A stretch of DNA of 64,000 bases from an uncultured Gemmatimonadales bacterium (GCA_963842945.1 CAWJIM010000016.1:1-64000), one strand, 5' to 3'. Positions 11,290 to 21,763 are shown, counted from the stretch's first letter. Notes: a model not told the origin generated them from the letters alone. Numbers and translations: made by a program.

Positions 11290-11643
11290 ATGAGAATGAA
11301 GACCTATAGTAGCTTCGATGAATACCAGAAAGACCAGAGTCGCAAGAATCAGGCGATCATTCGTGGACTTCGCCGGCTGGTGAAACGGGTTGAGCCTGGA
11401 TTGAGCGAAGCAGTGAAGTGGGGAAACGGGTGCTGGATCGGCAGTAACGGTCCCGTGGCGTATGTTTATTCCGCGCCAGACTACGTGCAGTTCGGTTTCT
11501 TCAGGGGATCATCCTTGAAGGACCCGAGAGGGTTACTCGAGGGTAAGGGCAAGTACGTGCGTCATACCAAAGTCCGTAAGCCTTCCGGAATCGATGAGCC
11601 GTCGTTTGCGGCACTCCTCCGGCAGGCCGCGGGCTCGCGCTAG
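11290..11643 (+). CDS. DUF1801 (YdhG-like) protein
   Basis: EAVKWG, FGFFRGSSLKDPRGLLEGKGKYVRH. Confidence 0.85.
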   Translation: MRMKTYSSFDEYQKDQSRKNQAIIRGLRRLVKRVEPGLSEAVKWGNGCWIGSNGPVAYVYSAPDYVQFGFFRGSSLKDPRGLLEGKGKYVRHTKVRKPSGIDEPSFAALLRQAAGSR

Positions 11644-11685
11644 CATTCTCAAGTCCGCGCAGTTGGATCTCTGCGGGAGCAGCCA

Positions 11686-12132
11686 GTGATATCCATCGAT
11701 TCCGCTTGCGAAGCGCGGGTGCGGGAGAGCTTCAGCCGCCAAAGCCATATGGCCACTCTCAGGGCCGAGATCGTCTTCATCGCCTCGGGGGAAGTGCATC
11801 TGGCGTTTCCGTTCGGGGAGGAATTCTGTCAGCAGAACGGGTTTATGCATGCGGGGGCCATTGCGAGCGTTGCCGACTCAGCCAATGGCTATGCCGCGTA
11901 CACCCTGGCCCCACCAGATACGGATGTCCTGGCCGTGGAGTTCAAGATCAACCTGCTGGCACCGGCCCGGGGTACGGGGTTTCTGACCTGCGGCCGCGTG
12001 TTGCGCGCGGGGCGAACCCTCACCGTCTGTCAAGCCGATGTCTTTACCACCGGAACCAGCGAGCGGACCCTCATCGCCACCATGCTCTCAACCATCATCG
12101 TGCGTCCGAGGAGCAGTGGTAGCACCGGCTAG
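11686..12132 (+). CDS. PaaI family thioesterase
   Basis: QQNGFMHAGAIASVADSA, EFKINLLAPA. Confidence 0.9.
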   Translation: MISIDSACEARVRESFSRQSHMATLRAEIVFIASGEVHLAFPFGEEFCQQNGFMHAGAIASVADSANGYAAYTLAPPDTDVLAVEFKINLLAPARGTGFLTCGRVLRAGRTLTVCQADVFTTGTSERTLIATMLSTIIVRPRSSGSTG

Positions 12133-12152
12133 GATAGTGCGCGCGAGAACCG

Positions 12153-12656
12153 ATGTCAGCTGATACTCGAGCCAATCCCGATCCCGCCAAGCCGGTCCCC
12201 GAGGCCGCAAACCTTGGGATTGCCCGTCCGCCTCTGGTGTATCTGGGCTCGATAGCACTCGGCCTGGTCCTGCACTTCGCCCGGCCACTGTCACTTCGTT
12301 CTCGTGGCGTGAGTCCGCTCTTCGGTGTCCTCCTGATTCTGGTGGCGATCGGCCTGTTTGTATCCGCCGCCCGCACCTTTCGAGTTGCCGGTACACCGGT
12401 CCCGGGCAATCGGCCCACGACGACAATCGTGCGGACGGGACCCTATCGTTTCAGCCGCAACCCCATCTATCTGGCGTTCTCGCTGCTCCAGCTCGGAATA
12501 GCGCTCTGGGTTAACAGCCTGTGGCTGGTTGTCACGCTACTCGCAGCGGTGGCCGTCATGTCCCTCGTCGTGATCCCCAAAGAGGAGTGGTATTTGGAGA
12601 GACGCTTCCCTGCTGAGTATCCCCCTTACAAGGCCTCCGTGCGTCGCTGGCTCTAG
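12153..12656 (+). CDS. isoprenylcysteine carboxylmethyltransferase (PEMT/ICMT) family membrane protein
   Basis: TGPYRFSRNPIY, EEWYL...Y...VRRW. Confidence 0.9.
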   Translation: MSADTRANPDPAKPVPEAANLGIARPPLVYLGSIALGLVLHFARPLSLRSRGVSPLFGVLLILVAIGLFVSAARTFRVAGTPVPGNRPTTTIVRTGPYRFSRNPIYLAFSLLQLGIALWVNSLWLVVTLLAAVAVMSLVVIPKEEWYLERRFPAEYPPYKASVRRWL

Positions 12657-12797
12657 CGCGCCGTCAAACGACCGTACGCAGTTTCGGAGCTCCATGGTTA
12701 TCCGTGCTGGGTATTCAGCCTTCGTGGTCATACTGATCCCAGTACTGGCCCCATCAGTACGGGTCCCTGCTGCGGGGGGAACGGGAGCCCGGTTGGC

Positions 12798-12820
12798 CGC
12801 CGCAGCTGATGCACAGTTCG
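12798..12820 (+). repeat. attC-like right arm (truncated)
   Basis: CGCCGCAGCTGATGCACAGTTCG; first 15 nt identical to the 13335 copy. Confidence 0.5.
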
Positions 12821-12830
12821 AGAGATCGTC

Positions 12831-13310
12831 ATGACACTGCAGACCGGAGTCGAACTCGTTCTTGCCGTGGGCGCCGCGGGCGTACTGATCCGGGATGTGG
12901 GTCGGAGTTGGCGGGACCGGCTCCGACGTCCCGTCACCTTGCTCGTGCCCAGCCTGCTGAGTGCCCTTTTGATCGGCGTCGCCGGCGGGCGGGCTCACCC
13001 GGACCCGTGGTGGCTGCTGCTCCCTGCCGGTATGCTGACTTGGGAGGTAGTCCGCGGCTGGCGTCGGGCACCGCGGTGTCATCTGTGGGAGGCAGGAGTC
13101 GGCGCGTTTGCCGCGAGTCTCCTCCTGAGTGCACTTGCCCTGGGGCTGGGGAACGGAAGGACTGCGCCCATTTTGCTCGGCGCGGCCGTTGGGCTGGCTG
13201 GCGTGGCCGTTGGTCTCCTCTGGGGCTCCCATCGCCGAGAGCCTCCTCCCTCGCGCCCCGGTGACGTTAACCATTACGAGCGTCGCTCAATGCAGCGCCC
13301 GGCACGCTGA
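12831..13310 (+). CDS. hypothetical membrane protein
   Basis: 159-aa ORF with several hydrophobic helices, flanked by attC-like arms. Confidence 0.65.
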   Translation: MTLQTGVELVLAVGAAGVLIRDVGRSWRDRLRRPVTLLVPSLLSALLIGVAGGRAHPDPWWLLLPAGMLTWEVVRGWRRAPRCHLWEAGVGAFAASLLLSALALGLGNGRTAPILLGAAVGLAGVAVGLLWGSHRREPPPSRPGDVNHYERRSMQRPAR

Positions 13311-13334
13311 CGGATTTCGCAGACAGGTAGGACT

Positions 13335-13366
13335 CGCCGCAGCTGATGCGGCCGTCCCTTAGGTGG
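13335..13366 (+). repeat. attC-like right arm
   Basis: CGCCGCAGCTGATGCGGCCGTCCCTTAGGTGG. Confidence 0.6.
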
Positions 13367-13401
13367 CGCACTCGATCGGGCTCGAACATCTTCCCGCTAC
13401 A

Positions 13402-14169
13402 ATGTCTGACTTCGCGGGTAAGGTCGCCCTCGTTACTGGGGCCGCTTCGGGCATCGGCACGGCGGTCGCTGCGCGGTTGGCGGCGGGGGACGCTGAGGTC
13501 TACTGTGCTGACTTGAACCACCAAGGCGCCGAGGCCGTGGCCAGCACCACACCGAAGGCACACGCGATCGTCCTGGACGTGCGGGAGGAGGCCGCCTGGA
13601 TAGCTGCGATGGAGACCATTCTCATGGCCGGTCGGCAGCTGGATGTGCTGGTGAATTGCGTGGGCGTCTCCGCGGCAACTCCCCTCCCTGACACGACGCT
13701 CGCCGAGTGGCGGCACGTGTTGGCCACCAATCTGGACGGCGCTTTTCTGGGCACGAAACATGGAATCCGGGCGATGCGGGCCGGCGGCGGCGTGATCATT
13801 CATGTGGGGTCCGCTTCCGGCATTCGCCCCGCGCCGGGGGCAGCCGCCTACTCCACCAGCAAGGCCGGCCTCCGGATGCTCGTCCGCACGGCGGCCAAGG
13901 AGTGCCGAGACGCCGGGCTCGACATCCGCATCAACCTGGTCAGTCCGGCCGGGGTGAAGACACCTATGTGGCGATCCATGCCGTTCTTTCAGGAATTGAC
14001 GCGCAAGCTCGGTTCCGAGGAGGCGGCATACGATGCGATGGCCACGGCCGGCGGCGGACGCTTTATAGAGCCGGACGAGGTTGCGCGAGTCATCTGCTTT
14101 CTGGCGAGTGAAAACGCCCGGCACGTGACCGGAGTGGAGTTGCCGGTTGACGACGGCTACGTGCTCTGA
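13402..14169 (+). CDS. SDR family oxidoreductase
   Basis: TGAASGIG, YSTSK, TGVELPVDDG. Confidence 0.92.
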   Translation: MSDFAGKVALVTGAASGIGTAVAARLAAGDAEVYCADLNHQGAEAVASTTPKAHAIVLDVREEAAWIAAMETILMAGRQLDVLVNCVGVSAATPLPDTTLAEWRHVLATNLDGAFLGTKHGIRAMRAGGGVIIHVGSASGIRPAPGAAAYSTSKAGLRMLVRTAAKECRDAGLDIRINLVSPAGVKTPMWRSMPFFQELTRKLGSEEAAYDAMATAGGGRFIEPDEVARVICFLASENARHVTGVELPVDDGYVL

Positions 14170-14175
14170 TATCGG

Positions 14176-14700
14176 CTATACTTTCGCCGCCTGCATCCTC
14201 TCCTGCATAGCTGCCATCTCCTCGCGGTTCGGGCCGTAGATCCCCGGCGGCGTGCCGCCGGCCAGCCGGCATATCAGCGACAGCTGACCGCGGTGGTGGA
14301 TCAGGTGCATGAGAATCGCGCCCCAGAGGATGTCGCGAATCGGCATCCGTCGGTCGGCGAAGGGCATCTCCCGGTCGAGATCTGCCTCGGTGAGCTTCGC
14401 GAGTCGTGCCACTGAGTCGGCATGCATCCGTCGATATCCTGGCGCCAGCAGTCGCACCTCGCGGGGCCGCTGCATATTCGGCGGTGCATCCTGAAATGTG
14501 ACCGCCCCGTTCGCGATGCCATGGCTGATATACCCCTCGATTTCCGAGAGGTGCCACGCCATCTCGCCGAGGGAGCGGCCGCCGCGATCGGGGCGGAAGT
14601 CATACTGGTCGGCTGGGAGGGATTCGAGAAGCTTGGTCGTGAGCTGGGCTTCCATGTCCCAAACCTGACGGAACCGGTCCAGCTCGCTGATGGGTGCCAT
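14176..14700 (-). CDS. DinB family protein
   Basis: GGAGG RBS; SLGEMAWH, HLIHHRGQL. Confidence 0.9.
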   Translation of the reverse strand: MAPISELDRFRQVWDMEAQLTTKLLESLPADQYDFRPDRGGRSLGEMAWHLSEIEGYISHGIANGAVTFQDAPPNMQRPREVRLLAPGYRRMHADSVARLAKLTEADLDREMPFADRRMPIRDILWGAILMHLIHHRGQLSLICRLAGGTPPGIYGPNREEMAAMQERMQAAKV

Positions 14701-14846
14701 GATGTCCTCCGGACAGTGGTTGGCAGATGGGCGCTGCCGAGGGCTCACATGGTACCAAGTTGCCCGCCGGCGGGCCAGAGGGTCTCAGGTGGAATGCTGA
14801 TCAGCCGGCGGTGCGTGGTTATTTAGATTTGCACTTAGTAGGTGCG

Positions 14847-15335
14847 ATGCGAACCTCACGACTCACGCTGATGCTCAGCCTGCTCTTGATGGCAGCGCCC
14901 CCGCCCGCGACGGCCCAGAGTGTTGCCATGGCGCCGGACTCCGCCCGCGATCAGATCCGGTCCGTGCTCCGGGCCTTCTATCTCAACCTTGCCAATCAGA
15001 ACTGGGACGCTCTGGCCGCCTACGTCCTGTCGCCGAAGCTCCTCGAGCGGCGGGGTGCTCCTGGAGACCTCCAGCTGGCCGCCCGGGACCGGACCCGCGG
15101 CCTCGGCTCACCAGCCGCGGTTGCCCCACGGGCATGCCCATCCAACGCTTCGCCCATGATCGATGAGGCGGTCATTGGGCTCGACGGAGATTGGGCGGAC
15201 GTATCGGTGCCCCGCTGCAGCGGACCTTCACCGGGCGTGGATCAGTTTGGCATGCTGTACTTCGAGGAACGCTGGCGATTCATATACACGGATCTGTTCG
15301 GGAATTCGCCGGCGCCTGAAACGGCTCAGCGGTGA
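14847..15335 (+). CDS. secreted hypothetical protein (NTF2-like?)
   Basis: Signal peptide; DGDWADV, EERWRF. Confidence 0.55.
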   Translation: MRTSRLTLMLSLLLMAAPPPATAQSVAMAPDSARDQIRSVLRAFYLNLANQNWDALAAYVLSPKLLERRGAPGDLQLAARDRTRGLGSPAAVAPRACPSNASPMIDEAVIGLDGDWADVSVPRCSGPSPGVDQFGMLYFEERWRFIYTDLFGNSPAPETAQR

Positions 15336-15375
15336 AGTACCGGCGGTGACGCAAGTGTCGATGGAGGGTGACTGC

Positions 15376-15780
15376 ATGCGATTGGATATCTATGTGAACT
15401 ATCGTGGGAACTGTGAGCAAGCGTTCCGTTTTTACGAGCAACATCTGGGCGGGAAAATCACCGGGGTGATTCGGCACGGGGAACAGCCCAACCCCAACAT
15501 ACCGGCCGACTGGCGGGAAAAGGTCCTCCATGCCCGCATCGCGATCGGTACGGGCATACTCATGGGTGCCGATATTCCGAGCGCCGAGCCTATGCGAAGC
15601 GCCTATCTCACCCTCTCCCTCGATCGTGAGGAGGACGCGGAGCGCATATATGCCCTGCTAGCGACCGGCGGCGAGATCTTCATGAAGATGGAAAAGACGC
15701 CCTTCGCCAATCGCTTCGCGATGCTACGCGACAAGTTCGGCACGTCCTGGATGCTTCTCCATCAACCTGAGTCCAGGTGA
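15376..15780 (+). CDS. VOC/glyoxalase PhnB-like protein
   Basis: GGAGG RBS; GNCEQAFRFY, LRDKFGTSW. Confidence 0.9.
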   Translation: MRLDIYVNYRGNCEQAFRFYEQHLGGKITGVIRHGEQPNPNIPADWREKVLHARIAIGTGILMGADIPSAEPMRSAYLTLSLDREEDAERIYALLATGGEIFMKMEKTPFANRFAMLRDKFGTSWMLLHQPESR

Positions 15781-15831
15781 TGCATCCGAGCGGCCCTTTG
15801 GACGGCCACTTCGAATCCTGAGAGGAAGCTC

Positions 15832-16230
15832 ATGAAACAGACCGCGAATGCTCGATTCGCCATCAAGAGCTGGGATGAGAAGCCCTACAGTGAGGGCCAG
15901 GATCTGCCAAAGCTCACTCGAGCCAGCGTGAGCAAGACCTACAGCGGCGACATTTCGGGTGAGGGGCAGGTCGAGTACATCATGATGTACCGGAGCGACG
16001 GCTCGGCGACCTTCCTCGGGCTCGAACGGATCGTCGGCCGACTGGCAGGCAAGAGCGGCAGCTTCGTGCTCCAACGCACTGGCGTCTTTGAAGGTGGCCA
16101 GGCAAAGGAGACCTATTCCGTTATCCCCGGCTCCGGAACTGGAGAGCTGCACGGTCTCGTGGGAGACGGACGCTCGGCCGTTGGGCACGGCATGGAACAT
16201 CCTTTCACGCTGAGCTATGAGTTGGCCTAG
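15832..16230 (+). CDS. DUF3224 family protein
   Basis: SWDE, GKSGSFVLQ, PGSGTGELHGL. Confidence 0.9.
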   Translation: MKQTANARFAIKSWDEKPYSEGQDLPKLTRASVSKTYSGDISGEGQVEYIMMYRSDGSATFLGLERIVGRLAGKSGSFVLQRTGVFEGGQAKETYSVIPGSGTGELHGLVGDGRSAVGHGMEHPFTLSYELA

Positions 16231-16245
16231 CCCTCCGGAGGTCGC

Positions 16246-16911
16246 GTGGGATCAAGAGCGCGCGAGTCAACCCAATCGGCCCTGGTCGAGCTGGCGTTGG
16301 CCGTGCTCATCGTCGCGTCGTTCGCGGCCGGCTTCCTCCCCATCAGTGAAGTGCCCGCTCTTCTTATCCTGGGATGGGTGTCGTTGCGCCGCCGCAAGCT
16401 ACGCTGGTCGTCCGTTGGCCTCAGACGACCCGAGAATGCCCGGCGAGCCGCGCTGCTGATAGCGGCTGGAGTCGCCTATGCCATCATTACCCTGTACACG
16501 CTGGATCCGCTGTTAGACCGGCTCACCGGCCACCCGGCCGATCTCAGCGAGTTCGCGGATGTGCGGGGCAACGCATCCATGCTCATCTTCTGGCTGCTGC
16601 TGAGCTGGCTGCTGGGCGCCTTCGGTGAGGAGCTCGCGTATCGCGGGTATCTCCTGAACCGTATAGCCGACCTGGCGCCACCAAGGGTGGTTGCACAGTC
16701 TATCGCCATCCTTGGCAGCGCTGTGCTCTTTGGAGTGTCCCACATATCGCAGGGACTCTCCGGCGTCATCTCCAATTTTCTGGGCGGGCTGGTCTACGGT
16801 ATCCTCTATATATCGGCTGGTTGGAACCTCTGGGTTCCGATTCTGGCGCATGGCCTGGAGGACACCATCGGCTTCGTCCTGATATTTCTGGGACGGTATC
16901 CCGGCCTGTAG
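16246..16911 (+). CDS. CPBP/Abi intramembrane glutamic endopeptidase
   Basis: EELAYRG, FGVSH, AHGLED. Confidence 0.88.
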   Translation: MGSRARESTQSALVELALAVLIVASFAAGFLPISEVPALLILGWVSLRRRKLRWSSVGLRRPENARRAALLIAAGVAYAIITLYTLDPLLDRLTGHPADLSEFADVRGNASMLIFWLLLSWLLGAFGEELAYRGYLLNRIADLAPPRVVAQSIAILGSAVLFGVSHISQGLSGVISNFLGGLVYGILYISAGWNLWVPILAHGLEDTIGFVLIFLGRYPGL

Positions 16912-16937
16912 CGCAGCCGAGGCCGGCGGGAGACCCT

Positions 16938-17309
16938 ATGTCGCTGGAAATGCGCTCGATTGCCCACTGGGCTGCGATAGCGCTGCTCGTTGTACTCAGC
17001 GTCCTCGGTCTGCAGAGTGCCGTGGATGAGCTCGATGCAGCGAGCACCCTGGGCCAGCAGGCCGCAATCGTATCCCAGTTCGGGTACGCTCTCGCTGGGC
17101 TCCTTGCTGCCGGCGCTCTGCTCGGCCGGCGGGCCTGGGCCCGCGGACTGCTGTGGCTCTGGGCCGGGCTGGTCACGCTGACCGGCGGAATGGCGCCGGT
17201 GGTATGGGGTGAGGCCGGGCTCATCGTCGGACTCGTTGCGGCCGTGGCGTGCGCCGGCATCGCGGCCTGCGTGCTGTGGCTGGCCACCAGGACCCCGGTG
17301 CGTTCGTAG
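16938..17309 (+). CDS. hypothetical membrane protein
   Basis: GGGAG RBS; ~4 hydrophobic helices. Confidence 0.6.
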   Translation: MSLEMRSIAHWAAIALLVVLSVLGLQSAVDELDAASTLGQQAAIVSQFGYALAGLLAAGALLGRRAWARGLLWLWAGLVTLTGGMAPVVWGEAGLIVGLVAAVACAGIAACVLWLATRTPVRS

Positions 17310-17338
17310 GCGGTTCTGAATCAGGGAGAGAAACGGTC

Positions 17339-17725
17339 ATGAAGAAGAGCGGGTCGCAGAGGAGCGGGTCTCCTTCTCAGCTGATAGACGCGAGAATCCG
17401 GGAGCTGGACGACTGGCGGGGCAAGATGCTGATGCGGCTCCGGACCCTGGTCAAAGAGGCTGATCCCGAAGTGGTCGAGGAGTGGAAGTGGAACGTTCCG
17501 GTGTGGTCGCATGACGGACTGATCTGCACCGGCGAGGCCTACAAGAGCGTAGTGAAACTGACCTTTGCCAAGGGAGCGGCGCTCGAGGATCCTACCGGTC
17601 TCTTCAACTCGAGTCTCAAAGGGAACACCCGGCGCGCCATCGACTTCCGCGAGGGCGAGACGATCGACGAGAAGGCCTTGAAGACTCTGGTTCGCGCCGC
17701 CGTGAGCCTGAATCAGTCCAGTTGA
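17339..17725 (+). CDS. DUF1801 family protein
   Basis: EEWKW, PVWSHDG, DPTGLFNSSL.GNTRRAID. Confidence 0.9.
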   Translation: MKKSGSQRSGSPSQLIDARIRELDDWRGKMLMRLRTLVKEADPEVVEEWKWNVPVWSHDGLICTGEAYKSVVKLTFAKGAALEDPTGLFNSSLKGNTRRAIDFREGETIDEKALKTLVRAAVSLNQSS

Positions 17726-17890
17726 ACGTCTAGCCATAGTCGCGCCCGGTCGGCCCGGCCCTCCGCGGATCCGGTCTGGGCAGCCGACCCAAAGTCTAGT
17801 TCCGGCCATCGGACCAACGCTGCTTATTGATCATGGAGAGAACCGAACGCCCCGAGTAGCCATCACTGAGCATACCGAAAGGAGCTGGAC

Positions 17891-18661
17891 GTGTCTCCGT
17901 GGTACCGCCTGACGGCACCTGCCATAATTCTTGTTTCCATAGGCCTGGTTCCTCCCCTGTCTGCGCAGGCACATCATGCTGCGCACTGGACCTACGAAGG
18001 GGAGTCCGGGCCGGCCCACTGGGGCTCGCTCGATCCCGCGTTCGCCCGTTGCGCCATGGGCCACGCCCAGTCCCCCATCGACATCAGCGCGCCCAAGTCC
18101 CACTCCCTGCCCAGTCTGGCACTCCATTACCAGGAGACCCGGATCAGCGTCGTGAACAATGGCCACACCATCCAGGTCGCCTATGATCCGGGCAGCAGCA
18201 TCGACATCGAGGGCACCCGCTACCAGCTGATCCAGTTTCACTTTCATACCCCGAGCGAGCACACCATTGACGGCAAGCACGCGCCGGCGGAGCTGCACCT
18301 GGTGCACCGGAGCGGGGATGGCCGGCTGGCGGTCATCGGAGTGCTGATGCAGCCGGGGCAGGAGAACACCGCGGTGGCTCCGCTGTGGAAGCACCTGCCC
18401 GCCGCCGAAGGGCCGGCTCAACGGGTAGACGCACGGATCAACGCCCAGGATCTGGTCCCAGCGAAGCACACGAGCTATCGCTACGACGGCTCGCTGACCA
18501 CGCCGCCGTGCACCGAAGGGGTCAAGTGGATCGTGATGACGACCCCGATCACCCTGTCCGAGCAGCAGCTGGAGAAGCTCACGTCGATTCTCCACAACGA
18601 CAGCCGGCCGGTGCAACCGCTGGAGGGACGAACGGTCGCCTCCGACGCGGTCTCACGATGA
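17891..18661 (+). CDS. cah: periplasmic alpha-class carbonic anhydrase
   Basis: Signal peptide; QSPIDI, QFHFH, SEH, ELHLVH, GSLTTPPCTEGV. Confidence 0.95.
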   Translation: MSPWYRLTAPAIILVSIGLVPPLSAQAHHAAHWTYEGESGPAHWGSLDPAFARCAMGHAQSPIDISAPKSHSLPSLALHYQETRISVVNNGHTIQVAYDPGSSIDIEGTRYQLIQFHFHTPSEHTIDGKHAPAELHLVHRSGDGRLAVIGVLMQPGQENTAVAPLWKHLPAAEGPAQRVDARINAQDLVPAKHTSYRYDGSLTTPPCTEGVKWIVMTTPITLSEQQLEKLTSILHNDSRPVQPLEGRTVASDAVSR

Positions 18662-18730
18662 TGCTCTGGTGACAGAGGCGACGTTCCGGCCGGAACCGAC
18701 CAACGGTCGACCTGACGCCTGGCTCCGGAG

Positions 18731-19078
18731 ATGGTGTTCCCGCTGCTCGGCATACTCTTCGTCGTTCTGGCCTGGCCCCTCGCCGCTCGGCGAATTCCTC
18801 CCAACCGGTGGTATGGCCTCCGGGTTCCGGCCACGTTCGCCGATGAGACGGTCTGGTACGACGCCAACGCGGTGACCGGAAGGGACATGATGACGTTCGG
18901 CGACAGTGGTTACGGTGATCGCGCTGGTGCTCCCCCACGTTGTTCGCTTACGAAGCGGGACCTATGCCGCGATCTCGCGGCTGCCTTCGGTCTGGGGTCC
19001 CTGGTCCTGGCGGTCCGAGGATGGCGCCTGGCCAACCAACTGCTGCGTCAGCGGCGCGGTGGAGAGGGCGCACGCTGA
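18731..19078 (+). CDS. SdpI/YhfL family immunity-like membrane protein (compensating frameshifts ~18900-18980)
   Basis: PPNRWYGLR...W..AN motif. Confidence 0.75.
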   Translation: MVFPLLGILFVVLAWPLAARRIPPNRWYGLRVPATFADETVWYDANAVTGRDMMTFGDSGYGDRAGAPPRCSLTKRDLCRDLAAAFGLGSLVLAVRGWRLANQLLRQRRGGEGAR

Positions 19079-19287
19079 CCGGCTACTTGTAGCGGAGTTT
19101 GGCCCCCACGCCGCCTGCGGTGTGGGTCGGCTGTCACGGGGCCACGGCGAGCGAGCGTATCGGCCGCTCAGAAATGTTCGGTCCAGCCCCTCCCAAGAGT
19201 TGGGCGGCTCCAGCAATCCTCTCCTAGCCACGCCGCGGCGGGGCGGTATGCTTCAGGGATCCATCCTCCTCCATCTCAAGGCTTTGA

Positions 19288-21691
19288 GTGGCTGACCTGC
19301 GCGAGCAGCTTGCACGCGGCTTGGCGGATCGCTACCGGCTCGAGCGCGAGCTCGGCCGAGGAGGCATGGCGACGGTCTACCTCGCCGAGGACCTGAAGCA
19401 CGGCCGCCGCGTCGCGCTGAAGGTGCTCCGCCCGGAGCTGATCCCCACCTTGGGCGCCGAGCGGTTCCATCGCGAGATTAGCATCGCGTCAAGGCTGCAA
19501 CACCCGCACATCCTCAGCATTCACGACTCCGGTGAGGCGCTGGGCTTGCTCTACTACGCGATGCCGTACGTAGAGGGCGAGTCGCTCCGGGCGCGGCTCG
19601 CTCGCGAAGTGCAGCTCCAGGCTGACGAGGCCGTCCGCATCGTGGGCGAGGTGGCGGATGCCCTGGCCTTCGCCCATGCAGCCGGAGTCCTGCATCGGGA
19701 CATCAAGCCGGAGAACATCCTGCTCAGCTCGGGGCATGCGCTGGTCGCCGATTTCGGCATTGCCCGGGCCATCGACGCCGCGGGGAGCGAGCGCCTCACC
19801 GAGACGGGCTTGGCCCTGGGCACCCCGCACTACATGAGCCCCGAACAGGCCTCTGGCGGCCGCGTGGTGGACGCCCGCAGCGACCTCTACGCCCTCGGGT
19901 GCGTGTTGTACGAGATGCTCGCCGGGGAGCCGCCCTTTAACGGGCCGTCCGCACAGGCCATCATGGCGCGCCACGCGGTCGATCCGGTGCCGCCTCTCCG
20001 GACTATCCGGTCCACGATCAGTCCCGCGCTCGACGCGGTGGTCGGGAAAGCCCTGGCCAAGGTGCCGGCCGACCGATTCGGCACCGCCCTGGAGTTCAAG
20101 GAGGCGTTGCATCGCGCCAGCTCTGGCGCCCGTGGCCGCTCGATCCGAAGTCGTCTCGTCGGCGGCTGGCGATCGGGCTGGCGGCGGTAGTCCTCGGTGG
20201 TGGAGTGGCGGCCGGAGTGCTGGGTGGCCGGGCAGGGTCGCTTTTCGGTGCAGGCAGCGGCGAGGACTCGATCCGCTCGCTGGCCGTACAGTCGTTCGAA
20301 AACCTCACGGGGGACTCGGGTCAGGTCTACCTGGCGAAGGGAATCACCGATCAGCTCGAGACCGAGCTGGCCCAGATCGGCTCCCTTCGCGTCATCGGAC
20401 TCGACCAGGTCCGTGGGGCGACCGCCGCGGTCGAAGCCGCGAAAGGGCTGGGCCTGGAGGCGGTGCTCTCCGGCTCGCTGCAGCGGGCGGGGAGCGCCAT
20501 CCGCATCAGCGCCCGGCTCAAATCAACCGAGACCGGCCAGGCGATCTGGGCCCGGAGCTTCGACGGGGAGCTCACGCACCATTCTCCAGCTCCAGGCGGA
20601 CGTGGCTCGCGCGGTGGCGGAGCGCATCAGGGTGTCCCTCACCCCCGGCGAGCGCTCCAGGATCGCGGGGAGCCGGCCCCAGGTCTCGCCGGCGGCGTAC
20701 GAGTCTTATGTGCGCGGGGCGTACTTTCTGGACAAGGGGACCGAAGCGAACTTTCAGATCGCCATCGGCCACTTCGCGAAAGCCATCGACGCCGATCCGA
20801 CCTTCGCCGCGGCCTATGCCGGCATGGCGGAATCCTATGGCAACCTCGGCTACTTCGGCGGCCTGGCTCCCGAGATCGCCTTCCCCCAAGCCCGGGCGGC
20901 CGCGAGCAAGGCGCTGGCGCTGGACTCCACCCTGGCGGATGCGCACCGTGCCATGGGGGCTGAACTGTCGGTCGGCGAGTGGAACTTCGCCGAGGCGGAT
21001 CGTGCGTATGCGCGCGCGGTCGCGCTCGATTCCACCAACGCCCGTTCGCATTGGATGCGCGGCATGTACTTGACGGCGATGAATCGGAGCGGCGAGGCGA
21101 TCGCCTCGGTCGAGCGGGCCCAGCGGCTCGACCCGTTGTCGCTCATAATCCAGTCCGCATCCGCGCGCTCGTACTACAACGCCCGCCGGTACCAGGAGGC
21201 GATCGACCAGGCCAAGGTCGCCCTGGACCTGGATTCCACACATGCCAGGGCCCGGTTCTGGATCGGGATGGCGGAGGAGCAGCTCGGGAGATCGGACGAG
21301 GCGATCCGGGAGCTGAGAGCGACCATCCAGCAAGGGGGTCCGACCTCCGCCTACCTCGCCGCCCTCGGTCACGTCTACGCCACCAATGGCCAAAGGCGCG
21401 AGGCGCTCCGCGCTCCTGGACGACCTCGAGACTCGATCCAAGACGCGCTATGTCTCGCCGCTGGATATCGCTACGGTGCGGCTGGGTTTGGGCGAGACGG
21501 ATTCCGCCCTCGCACTGCTGAGCCGGGCTGCGCAGGCGCACGATGGCGGCCTGCATTTTCTCGCGGTTGACCCCCGCTACGAGCCGCTACATCGGGATCC
21601 CCGGTTCCAGTGCCTGCTCCGGCGGATCGGGTTTCCCGACAGCCTGACTACGGCACCTGCGGGGGGATGCGGGGACCGGGAGGGAGGGTAG
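19288..21691 (+). CDS. Ser/Thr kinase with TM, TolB-N-like and TPR domains (frameshifts ~20140-20200, ~20580, ~21410)
   Basis: Kinase motifs HRDIKPEN/DFG/SPE; SLAVQSFENL; TPR helices; terminal DPRYEPLHRDPRF. Confidence 0.85.
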
Positions 21692-21732
21692 CCCCCCTGA
21701 AAAGTTCGACCGAGGTGGCGGCGCCACCAAGA

Positions 21733-21763
21733 GACCGCAGCCGAGGCCCGTTCGTTTCACGGC
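21733..21763 (+). repeat. highly degenerate attC-like right arm
   Basis: GACCGCAGCCGAGGCCCGTTCGTTTCACGGC, weak match to the consensus. Confidence 0.3.

Noticed and set aside
8432..13366. CRISPR array
   Set aside because: Repeats are degenerate and separated by whole genes; no regular spacers and no cas genes.
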